Numbered from the stretch's first letter, positions 23,488-37,023 are shown. The stretch is DNA of 64,000 nt from Octopus vulgaris (GCA_951406725.2 OX597827.1:2976001-3040000), one strand, 5' to 3'. Numbers and translations are program-made. Notes: generated by a model from the letters alone, not told the origin.

Positions 23488-26196
23488 TGTATATATATAT
23501 ATACACACACACATACATGTGCACACACACATATATAAGTGTATGTTTGGACATGCTCCACTAGCACCACCACAACTCTGACACTGGCTTGTGTTTCTCC
23601 CTGTGACTTAGAAGTTCAGTAAAAGAGATTGATAGAAGAAGTACTAGACTTAAAAGAATAGTACTGGAGTCAATTTGTTCAAAGTAAACACTTCGAGGCA
23701 GTGCCCCAGCATGGTCGTAGCCCAATGACTAAAACAAGTAAATAATAAAAAGATAATGTAAGGACAAATGAAGAGATTAGTAGAAAAGTGTGTTAGAAAA
23801 GAACTTATAACTTTTTAACAAATGCGTTTATTGGATAGGTTTAGTTACCACTTAGACATATGTAACATGAAGTTTGCAGCACTCAGAGGAGAGGGTAGCA
23901 AAATAAGATAAAATAAAATTTTAAAAAAAGGATGTAGTTTGTGGGGTTATATAAACCCTAGCATATTAAATTGTGGCAGAGAAATAAATTACTTCACCAT
24001 TTTCAAAATGAAAAGTTTTACAGATGCATTCTATCTCAATGTTTTTAAGATATTCTCTTCAAGATCAATAATATTCTTTATTTTTTTTTTTTTTTAGCAA
24101 AAATGTTTCACGATGCTTCGTGGTATTTCAATAAATTTTTCATTAATCTCCATACAGGAACAAAACCAAAAAAAAAAAGATAATACTAATAATAATAATA
24201 AAAAGAAGAGCCAAAAATAAACTAAAATAAAACAAAACAAAATAGATAAAAATATTTAGTGTACATTAGCTTGAGCTCGATTTCTACTTTTCATTACATT
24301 TTATCATCATCGTCATTATTATTATTATTATCATTTTTATTATGTTATATTTTTTTTATTATTTCCTTATTAGTTTCCCTACATTAAACACACACACACA
24401 CACTCACACGTTATCGATTTAAATATACAAGTACTTCCAATTTTAAATAGTCAAATCTAAATTAGTCTACTATTTGAATAAAAATAGCTAAATATAATAT
24501 GATGACGACGACAACAACAGCAACAACAGCAATATCAAAAAACATCAATAATATTAATAATAGTAACAACAGTACCTGCAAAAATGAATTAAAGCAAAAA
24601 AAAATCTAAGAAAAGAAAATATTGAAAGTGAAAGTAGAGAAAAATGGTGAGTGAGGGGTGAGGGGTGAGAAGGAGGGAGAAGAAAAGGAATAAGAGAAAC
24701 AATAAGAAAATGTATAGCTTCCTTGAAGGAATTTCCTCCCCCTTCAGAAAAAAAGGAGGAAGAGGAAAATCTAAAGCAAGGTTTAGAGTTACTTTTAGGT
24801 GCAGAAACCTTAACTGGGTAAAAAAAAAGAAAGAAAGAATGAAAGAAAGAAAATAGAAGATAAAAACCAAAATTAAGCATAATTAAAATATATAAAAAAG
24901 ACATTAACAAAACCGAGATAAAAGCAGGGTAGTACAAGATCTAGTTGCACAACACACAGATATACTAGATAGGTTGTGCTTTTCTTAGAATAGGAGAGGA
25001 TTTTGTTCTGCAGTTTTTGTTCATTTATATTTTTTTGTTGTTATTGTAGTTTTTTTTTTCTTTATATAGCATGTCATGTTCTGTAGAAATTCATGTTAAC
25101 ATTCCATGCTTTGCACTTTACTTTCTGTGCAATGGAAGTGGACCATTTTTTTTCTTTTTTGTTTTAAACATTTCCATTATTAGTCTAATAGTGTCACCTG
25201 CCACACAGGTGTGGAGACCTATGTGCACACACATGAAAAAATGCTTAAAAGGAAAGTAAATGTTTATATGTGAATATATATGTGTGTGTGTGTGTGCATC
25301 ATCATCATCATTTAACGTCCGCTTTCCATGCTAGCATGGGTTGGACGATTTGACAGTCGAGGCAATGACTAGTGAGTAAGATCGTTGCCAGAGCAACAAG
25401 CTGGCCTCCGTGCCGATGGTACGTTAAAGACACCATTCGAGTGTGATCGTTACCTGCATTGCCTTGCCAGCACTTGTGCGGGTGGCATGTGAAAAAACAT
25501 TCAAGGGAGGTCGTTGCCAGTGCCGCTGGACTGGCTACTGTGCAGGTGGCACATAAAAAGCACCATTTGAGCTTGGCTGTTGACAGTACCACCTAACTGG
25601 CCCTCGTGACAGTGGCACATAAAAGCACCCACTACACTCTTGGAGTGGTTGGCATTAGGAAAAGCATTCAGCTGTAGAAACTCTGCCAGATCAGATTGGA
25701 GTCTGGTGCCGCCATCTGGTTTGCTGGACCTCAGTCAAATCGTCCAACCCATGCTAGCATGGAAAGCGGACATTGAACGATGATGATAATGACAGTCAAT
25801 TATGCAGCATATTTAATTTAAATCTCTGCCTGACATATGTTTCTGCTGCACGGAAATCTTGCAATGTGGTATACATTTGCATCCTGTTTGTTCACCTGAT
25901 TAAGAATCTGTGCAGTTTTATTCAAGGTGTTGCCACTATTATAGTTTGAAGTGAACTAGACGTATGATGGTTTTGAATTGTCTAAAGCTTGCTTCCCAAC
26001 CACTTGGTTCTGGGTTCAGTCCCACTGCATGACACTTTGGGCAAGTATCTTCTACTAAAGCCTCAGGCTGACCAAAGCCTTGTGAGTGGATTTGGAAGAC
26101 AGATACCATATTTAGTGTGGGTGAAAGGTAAGGTTGAATACTAAAAAAAAAGCAAAAAAAAAAAAAAGCCAAGGACATAGAGACACAGGAACTTAC

Positions 26197-26474
26197 CTAT
26201 ATAATTACATATACATATATATACATTCATGTCATATATATATCTTGTTTGCAATGAAATTGTGGGAGGGAGCTTGAAAGTGGTTTCTTTCAGTTGCTCC
26301 CTATTTGTTTCCCTCGAGTAACTTATGCTGCATAAAGGTGAATATCGTCATGGTTAAGATTGGGGTTTGGGTTTATATATATAACTGAACATCAATGTAA
26401 TTTGTGTCTTGAAAGAATTGGGTGTCTTCCCTCTTTCTCTTTTTATCTTTTCTTTTTCTGCTGCTTAGGTAAAT
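26197..26474 (-). other. Candidate non-coding 5'UTR exon of the protocadherin
   Basis: Acceptor CCCCTTTTTATTTCTTTTCAG| (26477-26475) and consensus donor ATAG|GTAAGT (26196-26191), in mostly unique sequence on the gene strand. Confidence 0.5.
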
Positions 26475-26552
26475 CTGAAAAGAAATAAAAAGGGGGAAAC
26501 CGTAAAAATTAAGAGAATTTATTGTAAGAAATATGAAAATAATTAAATTAGT

Positions 26553-26907
26553 TTAATTGTGTCTCAGGAGGGTCATAATGTCAACAATAAACACATACAC
26601 TGGTTATATTTCAATTCTTTATTTTGATTTGTCAACTGGATAACTGTTTAACCAATTAACTAATCAACTGTTTGATTAATCGGCCAATAAGGCAGATCTG
26701 AAGCATATTTGGAGTGGCGAAGGCATGTGACTGATGAGGTCACAAATGGCAACAAAAGGACCTTGATGAGCTTAACTGGTCAAACTATTAATCAAACAAT
26801 CGATTATTTAATTGGTTAAATTGACAAATAATAATAAAAGTAGTGAAATACAACCAGAGCATGTGTTTATTATTGTTGTAATGACCCTTCCAAAATACAA
26901 CAAATTA
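26553..26907. mobile_element. Foldback MITE with ~120-bp imperfect inverted arms
   Basis: Left arm GGAGGGTCAT..AATAAACACAT..TTTAACCAATTAA..TGTTTGATTAAT versus right arm ATTAATCAAACA..TTAATTGGTTAAA..ATGTGTTTATT..ATGACCCTTCC. Confidence 0.7.
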
Positions 26908-27599
26908 CATCTCAACACATGAATTCACATCAAGAATCTTGCAAACAAAATAGAAAAATTACATCAATGCTGGTTTCTAATTTAAGCACAATGCCAACAA
27001 TTCTAAGGGGGATGGGTCAGTCCATTATAACATGCCTAATATGTATTTGTGTGTTTGCATATTCCTTTGAAAGCCAGTGTTGGTTTGTTTACAACACTGT
27101 AATTTAGCAATTCGTCAAAAAATTTTATCAATATCAAAGAGATGGATGAAAGGTTAAGTTGACATCTGAGGGATTCAAGGTAGAAACGATTTCCAACACA
27201 CCACTGGTTCGACTAACTTGCTGCCCTTACATAATATGATTAAATAATGAAGAGAGAAAGATTCAGTTTCAAAATACAAGCACAAAGACTAATATATTCA
27301 TTGTTGCTTCAGTAATTAAGAAGCTGCCTTCAAGCGATTTTATTATCAATCAAACTGACAGCAGCACTTATTTCAGTCTGTTTCATGTTTGTCAATACTT
27401 ATTTATGAAACCATGAAACCATTAAGTTATGGAACGTTAAGGCACGCAACATAAATACAACACCGACAGTTATAAGCATATGGTTCTGAGTTCAGTCCCA
27501 CTGCATGACACCTTCGGTAGGTGTCTCCTACTATAGCCCCAGGTCAACCAAGGTTTTGTGAGTGGATTTGGTAGAGATGGAAACTGAAAGAGAGTTTGC

Positions 27600-28336
27600 C
27601 ATCATCATCATCGTTTAACGTCCGTTTTCCATGCTGGCATGGGTTGGACGGTTTGACTGGAGTCTGGGAAGCCAGGAAGCTGCACCAGGCTCCAGTCTGA
27701 TCTGGCAGTATTTCTACAGCTGGATGCCCTTCCTAACGCCAACCACTCTGAGAGTGTAGTTTGTGCTTTTTACATGCCACCAGAGGGGGCTGGCATCGAC
27801 CATGATCAGATGGTGCTTTTTATGTGCCACCAGCACAGGAGCCAGTTGAGGCAAGGGAGCTGGCTTCGACCACATTCAGATGGTGCTTTTTATGTGCCAC
27901 CAGCGCGGGGACCACAACTACAATTTCCATTTGATTTGATTTTGATTTGATGTACTTAATGCAAGAGGTCTCCTCAAGCACAGCATATCACCCTACGATC
28001 CAAAGGTACTTTTGTGTGGGCTGGTTATGCAACACTGGTGTAGGTTACAGACAGCTGTGATCTCATTTTATTTGCCGGGTCTTCTCAGTCACAGCATATC
28101 TCTAGAGGTCTCGGCCTTTCATCATTGCCTCTGTGGGGCCCAACGTTTGAAAGTTATGCTTCATCACCTCATCCCATGTCTTCCTGGGTCTCCTTCTACC
28201 CTGGATTCCTTCCACTGTTTGGCAGTGGCACTTCTTCACATAGCACTCTGGTTTACAATACAGGTGACTAGGACATAGCCCACACCACCAGATGTTTTAA
28301 GTATCTCAGCAGTGATTCCTGATGGGCCGGGGGCTT
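27600..28336 (-). mobile_element. RTE-clade LINE remnant with internal deletion and (GAT)n tail
   Basis: APGPSGITAEILK (~28336-28295) lies close to VEGIQGRRRPRKTWDEV (~28215-28165). The 3' end is shared with the CAT/GAT-tailed SINE family. Confidence 0.7.
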
Positions 28337-28455
28337 ATATACATATATATACATATACTAATAGTAATGGTAAGACAACAAAAGAATGAAAGAGACCTCG
28401 ATATTATGTAAATAGAGGAATTTATCTTTAATATAATATGCGACAATTATTTGGT

Positions 28456-28623
28456 TGCCATAATAAAACTCTGAGTTTCAGATGTCGGGGCAGAAATCTG
28501 CTCCAGCACCTCTTCAGTTATCGAGGCAATCAAAATATGCCTATTTTGATTGCCTCGATAACTGAAGAGATGCCAGTGCAGGTTTCTGCCCCAACATCCG
28601 AAATTCAGAGTTTTATTATAGCA
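28456..28623. ncRNA. Two inverted type I hammerhead-ribozyme-like motifs forming an 82-bp-arm hairpin (Penelope-type)
   Basis: Plus copy: CTGAAGA at 28562-28568, long stem II with GCAG/CTGC, GAAA at 28600-28603, very short stem III TTC-A-GAG, then TT. Minus copy: CTGAAGA at 28517-28511, GAAA at 28479-28476, stem I TGCC..GATAA / TTATT..GGCA. Confidence 0.65.
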
Positions 28624-28626
28624 TAC

Positions 28627-28661
<35 letters not shown>

Positions 28662-29091
28662 AAAGATAAAGTCGACCTTGGCAGAATTTGAACTCAGAAC
28701 TTAAAGACAGATGGTCACAACATACAAACATTTGTTATGGCATCAGTACACTGTTTACAGATGCTTACATTTTTTATGCTTTCCATGAATTTTTCACGGG
28801 TTCAGCTAGTAATAATTATTTCACTAACTCATTTATGATTATAAAACATGATTTCAGGGAGCTTTGGCTTCTATTTCTGACAATCCGAGTTAATACTTAA
28901 ATACTTTTCTGTTTAGATCACAGATTCTCAATCGGGGTCCATATAGGGTTTTTGGGGAGTCCATGCAGCAAAATAGTGAAATGCGGATCCACAATTGTAT
29001 TTTATGGGTTCCTAAAAAGAGTTTGCTTTATATGTATGTATTGATATATATTGTGAGAATCAACTAGGTTTCTCTCTCAAAGTGAGAACGT

Positions 29092-29217
29092 GTGAGTGCA
29101 TATGTGTATATACAAGTGAGTGCATATGTGTATATACAAGTGAGTGCATATGTGTATATACAAGTGAGTGCATATGTGTATATACAAGTGAGTGCATATG
29201 TGTATATACAAGTGAGT
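29092..29217 (+). repeat. 24-bp minisatellite, ~5 copies
   Basis: (GTGAGTGCATATGTGTATATACAA)n. Confidence 0.92.
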
Positions 29218-29292
29218 GTGTGTGTGTTTGTATGAGTAAGTGCATGTGCATGCAGACAGTGAGTGTAAAAATGTGTTTATGCGGGTACATGT

Positions 29293-29323
<31 letters not shown>

Positions 29324-30550
29324 CATGTATGTGTTGTAGATTGTATGTGTATATATATGTATGTAGAGCATGTTGGATGCTATAGATAGCATACAAAAAT
29401 TAACAGAAAGACATATCCACATACTTAAAATACAAAACAAAACAATGTAGAGGAATATACAACAAATGTGACTCATTTGAGAGTTGAAGGATTTTAAGGC
29501 AAAGAGGGGGGGGGACCAACCCAAAACAGATATTCCCATTAAAGCAGCTCATTTGATGAAAATGTTAGATATTAAGCCAACAGGGAAGAATGGATCCCCA
29601 GAAGCAACCAATTTAGATGGATTAAGGTGTAAACATGAACAATTTCCTCACAGACAGACACCCAATTAAAACATCAATCTTAATTTCATTTCACAGCTAA
29701 AACCATTCAATTAGTCTCTTTTATTGGTAAATTATGAGCCAATGGGGGAAGTTTCCACATGGCTGTGTAGAAATAGCAGCAAAATGCCCTGCTGAATCAC
29801 ACTAAAATCTTTAGCTATTTAGAAAAGATTTAAGGGATATGAAGGGGATAGTTTTTGACCACAGGTCAATTACACAACAGACATACTTGTATATTAAAAG
29901 GTTTCCATAGCAGGGGTCAGTTGCAGTTTTGAAACTAGAAAGAGGAGGGGGAATGGAAGTGATGTTGATTCCACATGTTGCAGTGAAGGCAACCTACCTA
30001 AGAGAATAGAAACTCTGAAAAATAAAAAACAAAAAAAAAAGAAAAATTAAATCAGTGAGAGAGGATAGATAAGACTCATTGGTCCTGTTGCAGACTACCA
30101 GTTCAGTGTTAGTAGCTGATCGTAGGAAAGGTATGAAGTTGTAAAAAACATACCCTTTGGCATTTAAACTGGATATATCTGGCCCAAATATTCTACTAGT
30201 TTTATGTTCAAACTGGCCAGAGTTGGTATGTCACACCTACCCTACAATATCATTCTAAGGATATGCAATCACTTCATCAAAATCTCAAAGCTAGAAAATA
30301 ATGCATGATTAATTCAAAACAATGTGAATGAATAAGCACTACATCATACGGCACTGCCACCCCGTCTGTCACTGGCTACCTATGGTTTCTTAGAGACCAC
30401 ATAGAAACAACAAAATTATCAAGTATGATTATTATTTGCAACAAAAGTATTAACACCAAAAAGCAATTTTTATATCCAACTTAACCTGGATATTTTGTTA
30501 GAACATTGAACATGGCAGTATTAGCCTTGACCGTTAAAATTACACATATA

Positions 30551-31062
30551 CCGTAAATCCTCGAGTATAATCTGCATTTTTTTCCCAAAATTTAAAGGCC
30601 AAAATCCCTATTGTGTACTATATATGAGGTTAAAAAGGAAAATTATTTTCTAAGCAATGTTCGAGTCTCTGTTTGCTGTCCAGCAATCTTTATTCAGACA
30701 CATTTTGTGATGTCGGGTGTGAAAATATCTTAAGCTAAGCCTGAAAGCAATGAAGTCATAAAAAGATCATCCATAAATTGCAGTAAGCAACATTTATTAA
30801 ACGTTATTACTGTTATTTCTTTATTTTCTACAAACAAAATGCACAAAAAAGCTACACGTTTGCATTATGTTATATATACAATAATAATATAGGACGTTAT
30901 CGTATACATTTTTACAAACCAAGGACGTTATATAGACCTCCTTGACTCAAGTTAGAGAAGGGGTGCGTATTATACACAAGGTTTAGGTTTTTCAAAGGTA
31001 CAGCCCCCTAAAAATCCCCTGCGTATCATACTCAAGGGCAAACTATATTCGATGTGTTACGG
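30551..31062. mobile_element. Tc1/mariner-superfamily (pogo/Tc2-like) non-autonomous element
   Basis: TA|CCGTAAATCCTCGAGTATA ... TATATTCGATGTGTTACGG|TA imperfect TIRs with TA duplication. Confidence 0.7.
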
Positions 31063-31071
31063 TATGTATAT

Positions 31072-31318
31072 TGTTTCTATTACGCAAAAGTGTTGTAAGT
31101 CCAAAATGTTACTTTCTCAGAAAACAAAAAAATAATTTCCCCATTCCATAGTAAAACCGTTGTACTACACTTTCGCAATTTTTGATATCTTGGCACCTGA
31201 AGCAGCTGGAGATACAATAGTTTGACCAAAAGAACTGGCTTTTGCAAGCAAAAATAAATATTGAAAAAATACGTATTTGGCCAAATTTCGACATAGGACA
31301 GTTTAACATAATAGCAAT
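31072..31318. mobile_element. Second copy of the ~240-bp MITE
   Basis: Aligns by eye along its length to 57351-57592. Confidence 0.7.
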
Positions 31319-32183
31319 GATATATTGTTAACAGACAAAGCATTGTCTGCTATGGGTGCTGGAATAGCCAGATCAGGTGATTTTGAAATACTGTGTCTCT
31401 TCAGTGACAGGTGCTTTCTTGCCACATACCAACCAAATCTCACTGCCAATAATGTGGTGTTTTAAAATATAATACAAAAACAATAATTAAGTCATTTTGA
31501 TTAATCTTAGTAATCACAGATATTGTTTACATAGTTAACACCGAAGATAATGGATTATAAAAAAAAAAAATGAAAATAACTTGACCAGAAGAGTGCCAAC
31601 AGCAACAGTCCATGATTTTGTAAAGAGAACAGGTGAAATTCCTTTGTTTTATTAACAAAATTCCTTCATTATACTGCATCCAAAAACATTTGTCTGTCAA
31701 GTGTTTTCCAGGGAATTCTTAAATATTTCCAAAATATCAACTGAAGCACACAGTTCCGATGGAATACACCCAGCAACGAACACCACTGTGAAGGCAATTT
31801 GGTGGATTTCTTTATTTACACCAGATTTTTATGAGCATATTTGGTGATACAGATTTAGAAATCATCAAAAACTATTCACGAATCTCATTTCATGCATCCA
31901 TGACTTGTTATATTTTCCCATAAATGTGATTGTTTTCATCTTATATGAAATATATGTATGCTTTTCACTTTATACAAAATATATGTACATTCTATACATT
32001 GGTTATGTTACTGATAGTTTTACATGAAATTATTGGATTTCATTGTCATCACTTCCAATCAATTTAATCTGATTTTTTTAATCCCTAAACTGCATGTTAG
32101 CTTTTACATGTATGGAATCTTTGGATGTCCACAAAAATGTAAGTTTATTTTTGTGCATTACTGATTTTATATACATACATACA

Positions 32184-32218
<35 letters not shown>

Positions 32219-33819
32219 GAATGTACATACATGTGTGTATAAATATACATATATGTGTATAATATATATATATATGTATAAACATACATATAAGTATATG
32301 TGTGCATAAATATATATACGTACATATAAGTATATATATATATATATATATGATGTTAAAGAGTCACCTCCATCTTGTATTGGCTCTTTTCAAAGTTACT
32401 GCCCACCCTGATGGAGGATCAGCCTTTAATGTGGCTTGCAGAATTCGTATCTCATGCATAATTATCATTTTGGGGGCAAGTTTTATATGGCCGGAAGCAG
32501 TCCTTCCAAAGACCAATACTTCAAAGTATCTCCTGTGCTACCAGCACTAGAAGACAATCCTATGCAAAGCAGGTCCTCATCTCATGTCTACAACCCTCTT
32601 AAGCCAGCTGCCCTTAATCAGCACTCTGATTTACCAAAGCTAAAATAACATTTTTGGCACATTTTCTGTGATTTGGTTATCATTTCTACCACCATCACTT
32701 TTCAAACTGTACTGAGTGCATTATATGGTTATTCACCCACTCTACCACCAACCACTTTACAAAATTTACTTGGCACCTTCTGTGGCTATTTGCCCTTTCT
32801 ACCACCAACCACAGCAGGCATTCTTTCATGCTACCAAAACTAGAAAGGTTGTTCCTAAAAGCTCTTCTCTACCCAGTTTCTTATTAGCTCTTATTCACAG
32901 TTACCATCCTCCTAAGCTAGTTAGACTGCAGTATGGCTTCCAGCTTCCACATTTCACAGATTACATTCCAATTTTTTGGCATGGTTCCTAAGGCTAGATG
33001 CCCTCCTTAACACAAACCAGTTCACAAGGTGTAATGAGTGTGTTTTATTGTGCCATTGGCAATCAATTAAAAATATTTAGAATAGCTGGAACACACAAAA
33101 GATGAATGAATAATGATCAAGAATGAATTACTAATATGATTAAGAAATCATATTACAAATTCAAAAAGAAAATTAGGCAGTTATGTTAAAATGACTTTGA
33201 TGTTACATGTTCTGTTTTTCTTGGTAAAACATTGTAAGCAACTGACATAGAAAAGAACAATTGTTCTCTTTCTTTTTAATTTGGCTCTTTTAATTTTTCT
33301 TTTTCTGTTCATTAGTGAAAAGTAAAGGAAAAATATTAAAAATAAAAAGAAAGCATCAATCCCATACTTCTGTCTTTGCCATTGTTTTCTGAACTTCCCA
33401 GCTGCTCTTGCTCTGTATATACAGATTCTTTAGTTTTTAATAACTTCTTTCTTTAGACTGTTATTAGAAGCAGAAGTTCCATAATTCTATTGCAATAAAA
33501 TAACATTTCATTATCTCAACAAATTAGTTCTTAGGTTTGGTTTAGTAAGTTGGGTTTTTTCTTCCATTTGTTTCCTTTCCGTTTTTGTTGTTGTTGTCGT
33601 TCTCTCTGTTGTATCATATCCTTAGATTTGATTTTATTTGTACAATCTTAACTCATGAGAAAGGCAAAAACACAAGAGAATTGAATAAAGCTGGCGGGCA
33701 TCATAAACATTGGCAGATGTATACAGGAGAAGAGAGAAACAACCAGATTGATTTATTTGGACATTTAATGGGAACGAATGATGTATGATGGGTGTAAAAA
33801 ACGTTACCAGTTAGTTTAA

Positions 33820-34039
33820 CCCTTATTTAACCAACCTGGCTGAAACCGGCTCTGGCTCTGAGTACAAATGTCTTTTTTTCATAAGTTTTGAATTAAAATC
33901 TTCCACCAAACCTTAGTCACAATTTATGTTCCTAAAACCAGCTGAATGATAACTAAGTTATTTTATTAAATTCTTTATTATATTTAAAGTAATTGAAAGA
34001 CACACAGAGCATCTCAAAATAAATACAGTAACGAAAGGG
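33820..34039. mobile_element. piggyBac-like MITE
   Basis: TTAA|CCCTT ... AAGGG|TTAA. Confidence 0.75.
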
Positions 34040-35269
34040 TTAATGTGATAGAATCAACACAGCACAGGGATAGAACTAAATTGTAAACTAATCAACTATT
34101 ACAAGGAGTATTACTAGTTCAAATGTGGAGCAAACTGGGTTATTGTGAAGAGAAGTACACCATCCCATTTGGCTGTACTCTTCATTACTCTATTCAAAAC
34201 ATTAGATTTTTCATCACCTTTCATGACAAACCACATGTGTGGCCGAAACTAGGGCTTTCTTGTATAGCTAAGAGCATTGCTTCATAAACATGTGATTCTT
34301 TATTTGATCACACTACATGTCATGTTAGGAAAGTGGCTTCTCCTATACCCTTGATTTGACTAATAGCTTGTGATTAGAAGTTCATAAATAAAAATAGTGC
34401 ATATGTATATATGTGTGTGTGAATGTGTGTGTGTATGTACACACACACACACATATTAAGTTAAAGACTGGAATTTTTGGTATTACATTTAACTCTTTAC
34501 ATTCGTTTCAACACTACATGTTCATGACCTTTTACCTGAAGAGATGCACGTGGTTTACATCAACATGTTGTAATATCATAAAATTCATTTATATTCATAT
34601 CAATATTTTGGTAGACAGAAAGTGCAAGAAGACTGCCACATGATTCCATATATGCATGTGAATATGTTTGTGTGCATCCATGTCTTAACATCACATGATG
34701 ATTGTTAATGAGCATTATCATCACACATGTGATGTTTGTTTCCTAGTCTGTCAAGGAAAATATGTCTGGTTATGGAAAGTATAACTTTTCTTCGAAACAG
34801 GTGAGGGTTGCTGACAAGAATGGTGTCTACCCATAGAAAATCTGCTGTGTCAAATTTTGTCTGACCCATGCAAGCATGGAAAAGTGGACATTAAATGATG
34901 TCAATATTTGTGTGTGTGTCTGTGTAATGAATAAACTACAATGTTTGCATTCCATGTCGTCACTTCCCGAGCAAAGCTGTATTAATGTTGACAAATCTTT
35001 GTTGACATGATGATCACTTGCTCTGCACATTCCAAGAATTGTGGAATAAAGAAATCCCTTTCTTGAAGAATTATGATGAAAATCTAACCATAAACCTGTC
35101 GCTAATAACTCTCTGTTCAAACACATGAAGACGTGGAAAAATGGATGTTGAATAAATGTATGAAATTCTATCTTACTTCCATCAATCCATCTTCTTCGCC
35201 CACTATTTTCGGGAGGTTTCATGGACTCAAGAGAACTCTGGCACCTTCTCCATAGGGCCCTATCAGAAG

Positions 35270-35665
35270 CAGCTATCACGAGACGTCCAACTGGATTCTC
35301 AAGCATGACCAGCAGAGATGATGGCTGTCATCTAACTGTCTCATTTTTAGTTTACCTTTGGGTGTCCAGCCGGCTGGCATGGCTTGAAGAATTTGTCTTG
35401 CAGCAGTTCTTTCCTGTAACATTTTAATCATAAGTCTGTAGTACTGGAACTGTGACCTCTCAATGCAAAGAAATAGTGGATCAACCTGGAGAGACCTCCT
35501 GCTCTCCGATCTAGGCATCCAGTTGAGTAAAGTGATTCCAGGGCCTCTTCGGGGGAATCTGATTCTGGCTGCTGCCATTTCTGATTCTACTCTTTTAAAT
35601 GACGGTGCAGAGTGTTTCTGGTCTCCTTTCATCATCCATCTGCTTATATTAACAAAGAGGTAGTT
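35270..35665 (-). mobile_element. RTE-clade LINE 3' fragment
   Basis: Translation RRSLQVDPLFLCIERSQFQYY..KMLQERTAARQILQAMPAG.TPKG resembles the RTE ORF C-terminus. Confidence 0.6.
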
Positions 35666-36095
35666 GTGAAGAGATAGCTAAGACTAACCCAAGGATATCC
35701 AGCAGCTAGAGATAAGATGATATAAGATTAAGATGCTTTCAAACATCACAAATTGCAGATTATAGTGAATGGATGCGAGCAAGAAACACCACAGTTAAAA
35801 TGACAGCTCTGAAAATGATGACAGTTAACAAGATAATAACAATAATGATGATGATGATGATGATTATGATTATACTCATCGTTGTCACTGTTACAATGAT
35901 GAAATTTTAAAATTCAAACAATTCAAGTTTTGAAAAATATTAATTTACCAACATCACGAAGAGTGTATGGTATCAACAATGAGTAGGAAATCTCTGACAA
36001 GCTTAGAATCACAAAAGACCGAAATTCTTACTCTATGTATGTAGACATACCCCCATACACACCTATACCCAGATACATACATACATGTGTGTGGG

Positions 36096-36130
<35 letters not shown>

Positions 36131-37023
36131 AGCAAACTATCTACATATGTATGTATGACTCTCTCTTTTTCTCTATATGTACCGATGTATCTCACTCTCT
36201 CCCTCTCTCTCTCATAATGTATACGTGTGTTTATTCACACACACACACACACACCATCAGTTTCATATACACTCCACTTCAAATTCCGCCACACTCGACT
36301 TAACCGTTCTTCTCAATAATGTCTTCAGTAACCAGTAGCTATTTATCACACCAATTATATCATGTTAAGCTGTCCGCCATTATTGGAAATTGAAAACATC
36401 TTACGACTCTTAATGGATGCTGGGTCACTCTTGAAGACCGTTTCTTTATACAGGGTATGTGATGGTCAAGTCAGCTTGTAGGAGTCCATTACTTTCTCAA
36501 AGCCAGTTGCTATAATGTTTGGTATAATAGTTGCTGTTGTTTAGCCTGAGGTCATCTCCACTCATGCAAACCAATGATGAAAGACATTCCACCTGTGACT
36601 AACTCACCTTTTCATTCAGATTATTTCAGTCTGCATAATCCAATATGTTCTTCCATTATTTATTTTCCTTAAATGAATTGAGTGATTTGACAGAAATGAT
36701 GTTGTTATAATAAAGGCATGAATACCATCACACCGCATCATTTTTTGATGCGTCCAGTAACACATACAATTAGATTATCCTAACGTGTCCTCTTTTTCTT
36801 TTCCTAACACAGTAAGGTGGAATTTCAGAGAAATTAACCAGCTATTTCTAGTTGACTGGGCAACTATGTAAATATTCAAAGTGGTCAAAGGGGTCAAAGT
36901 GATTACAGAGCAATGTCAAACTAATCGTCTTGCTCAAGAACAGAATTTACCACTTGGTCTAGGAATTGAAACCATGATCTCACAATCATGAGTGCAACAC
37001 CCTAACCACTAGGCCACATGCCC

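Noticed and set aside
26726-26770. CTGATGA-GGTC...GACC as a hammerhead
   Set aside because: Stem II is followed by TTGA rather than GAAA; no stem III.
29092-29217. CRISPR-like 24-bp repeats
   Set aside because: No spacers, eukaryotic context, microsatellite-derived unit.
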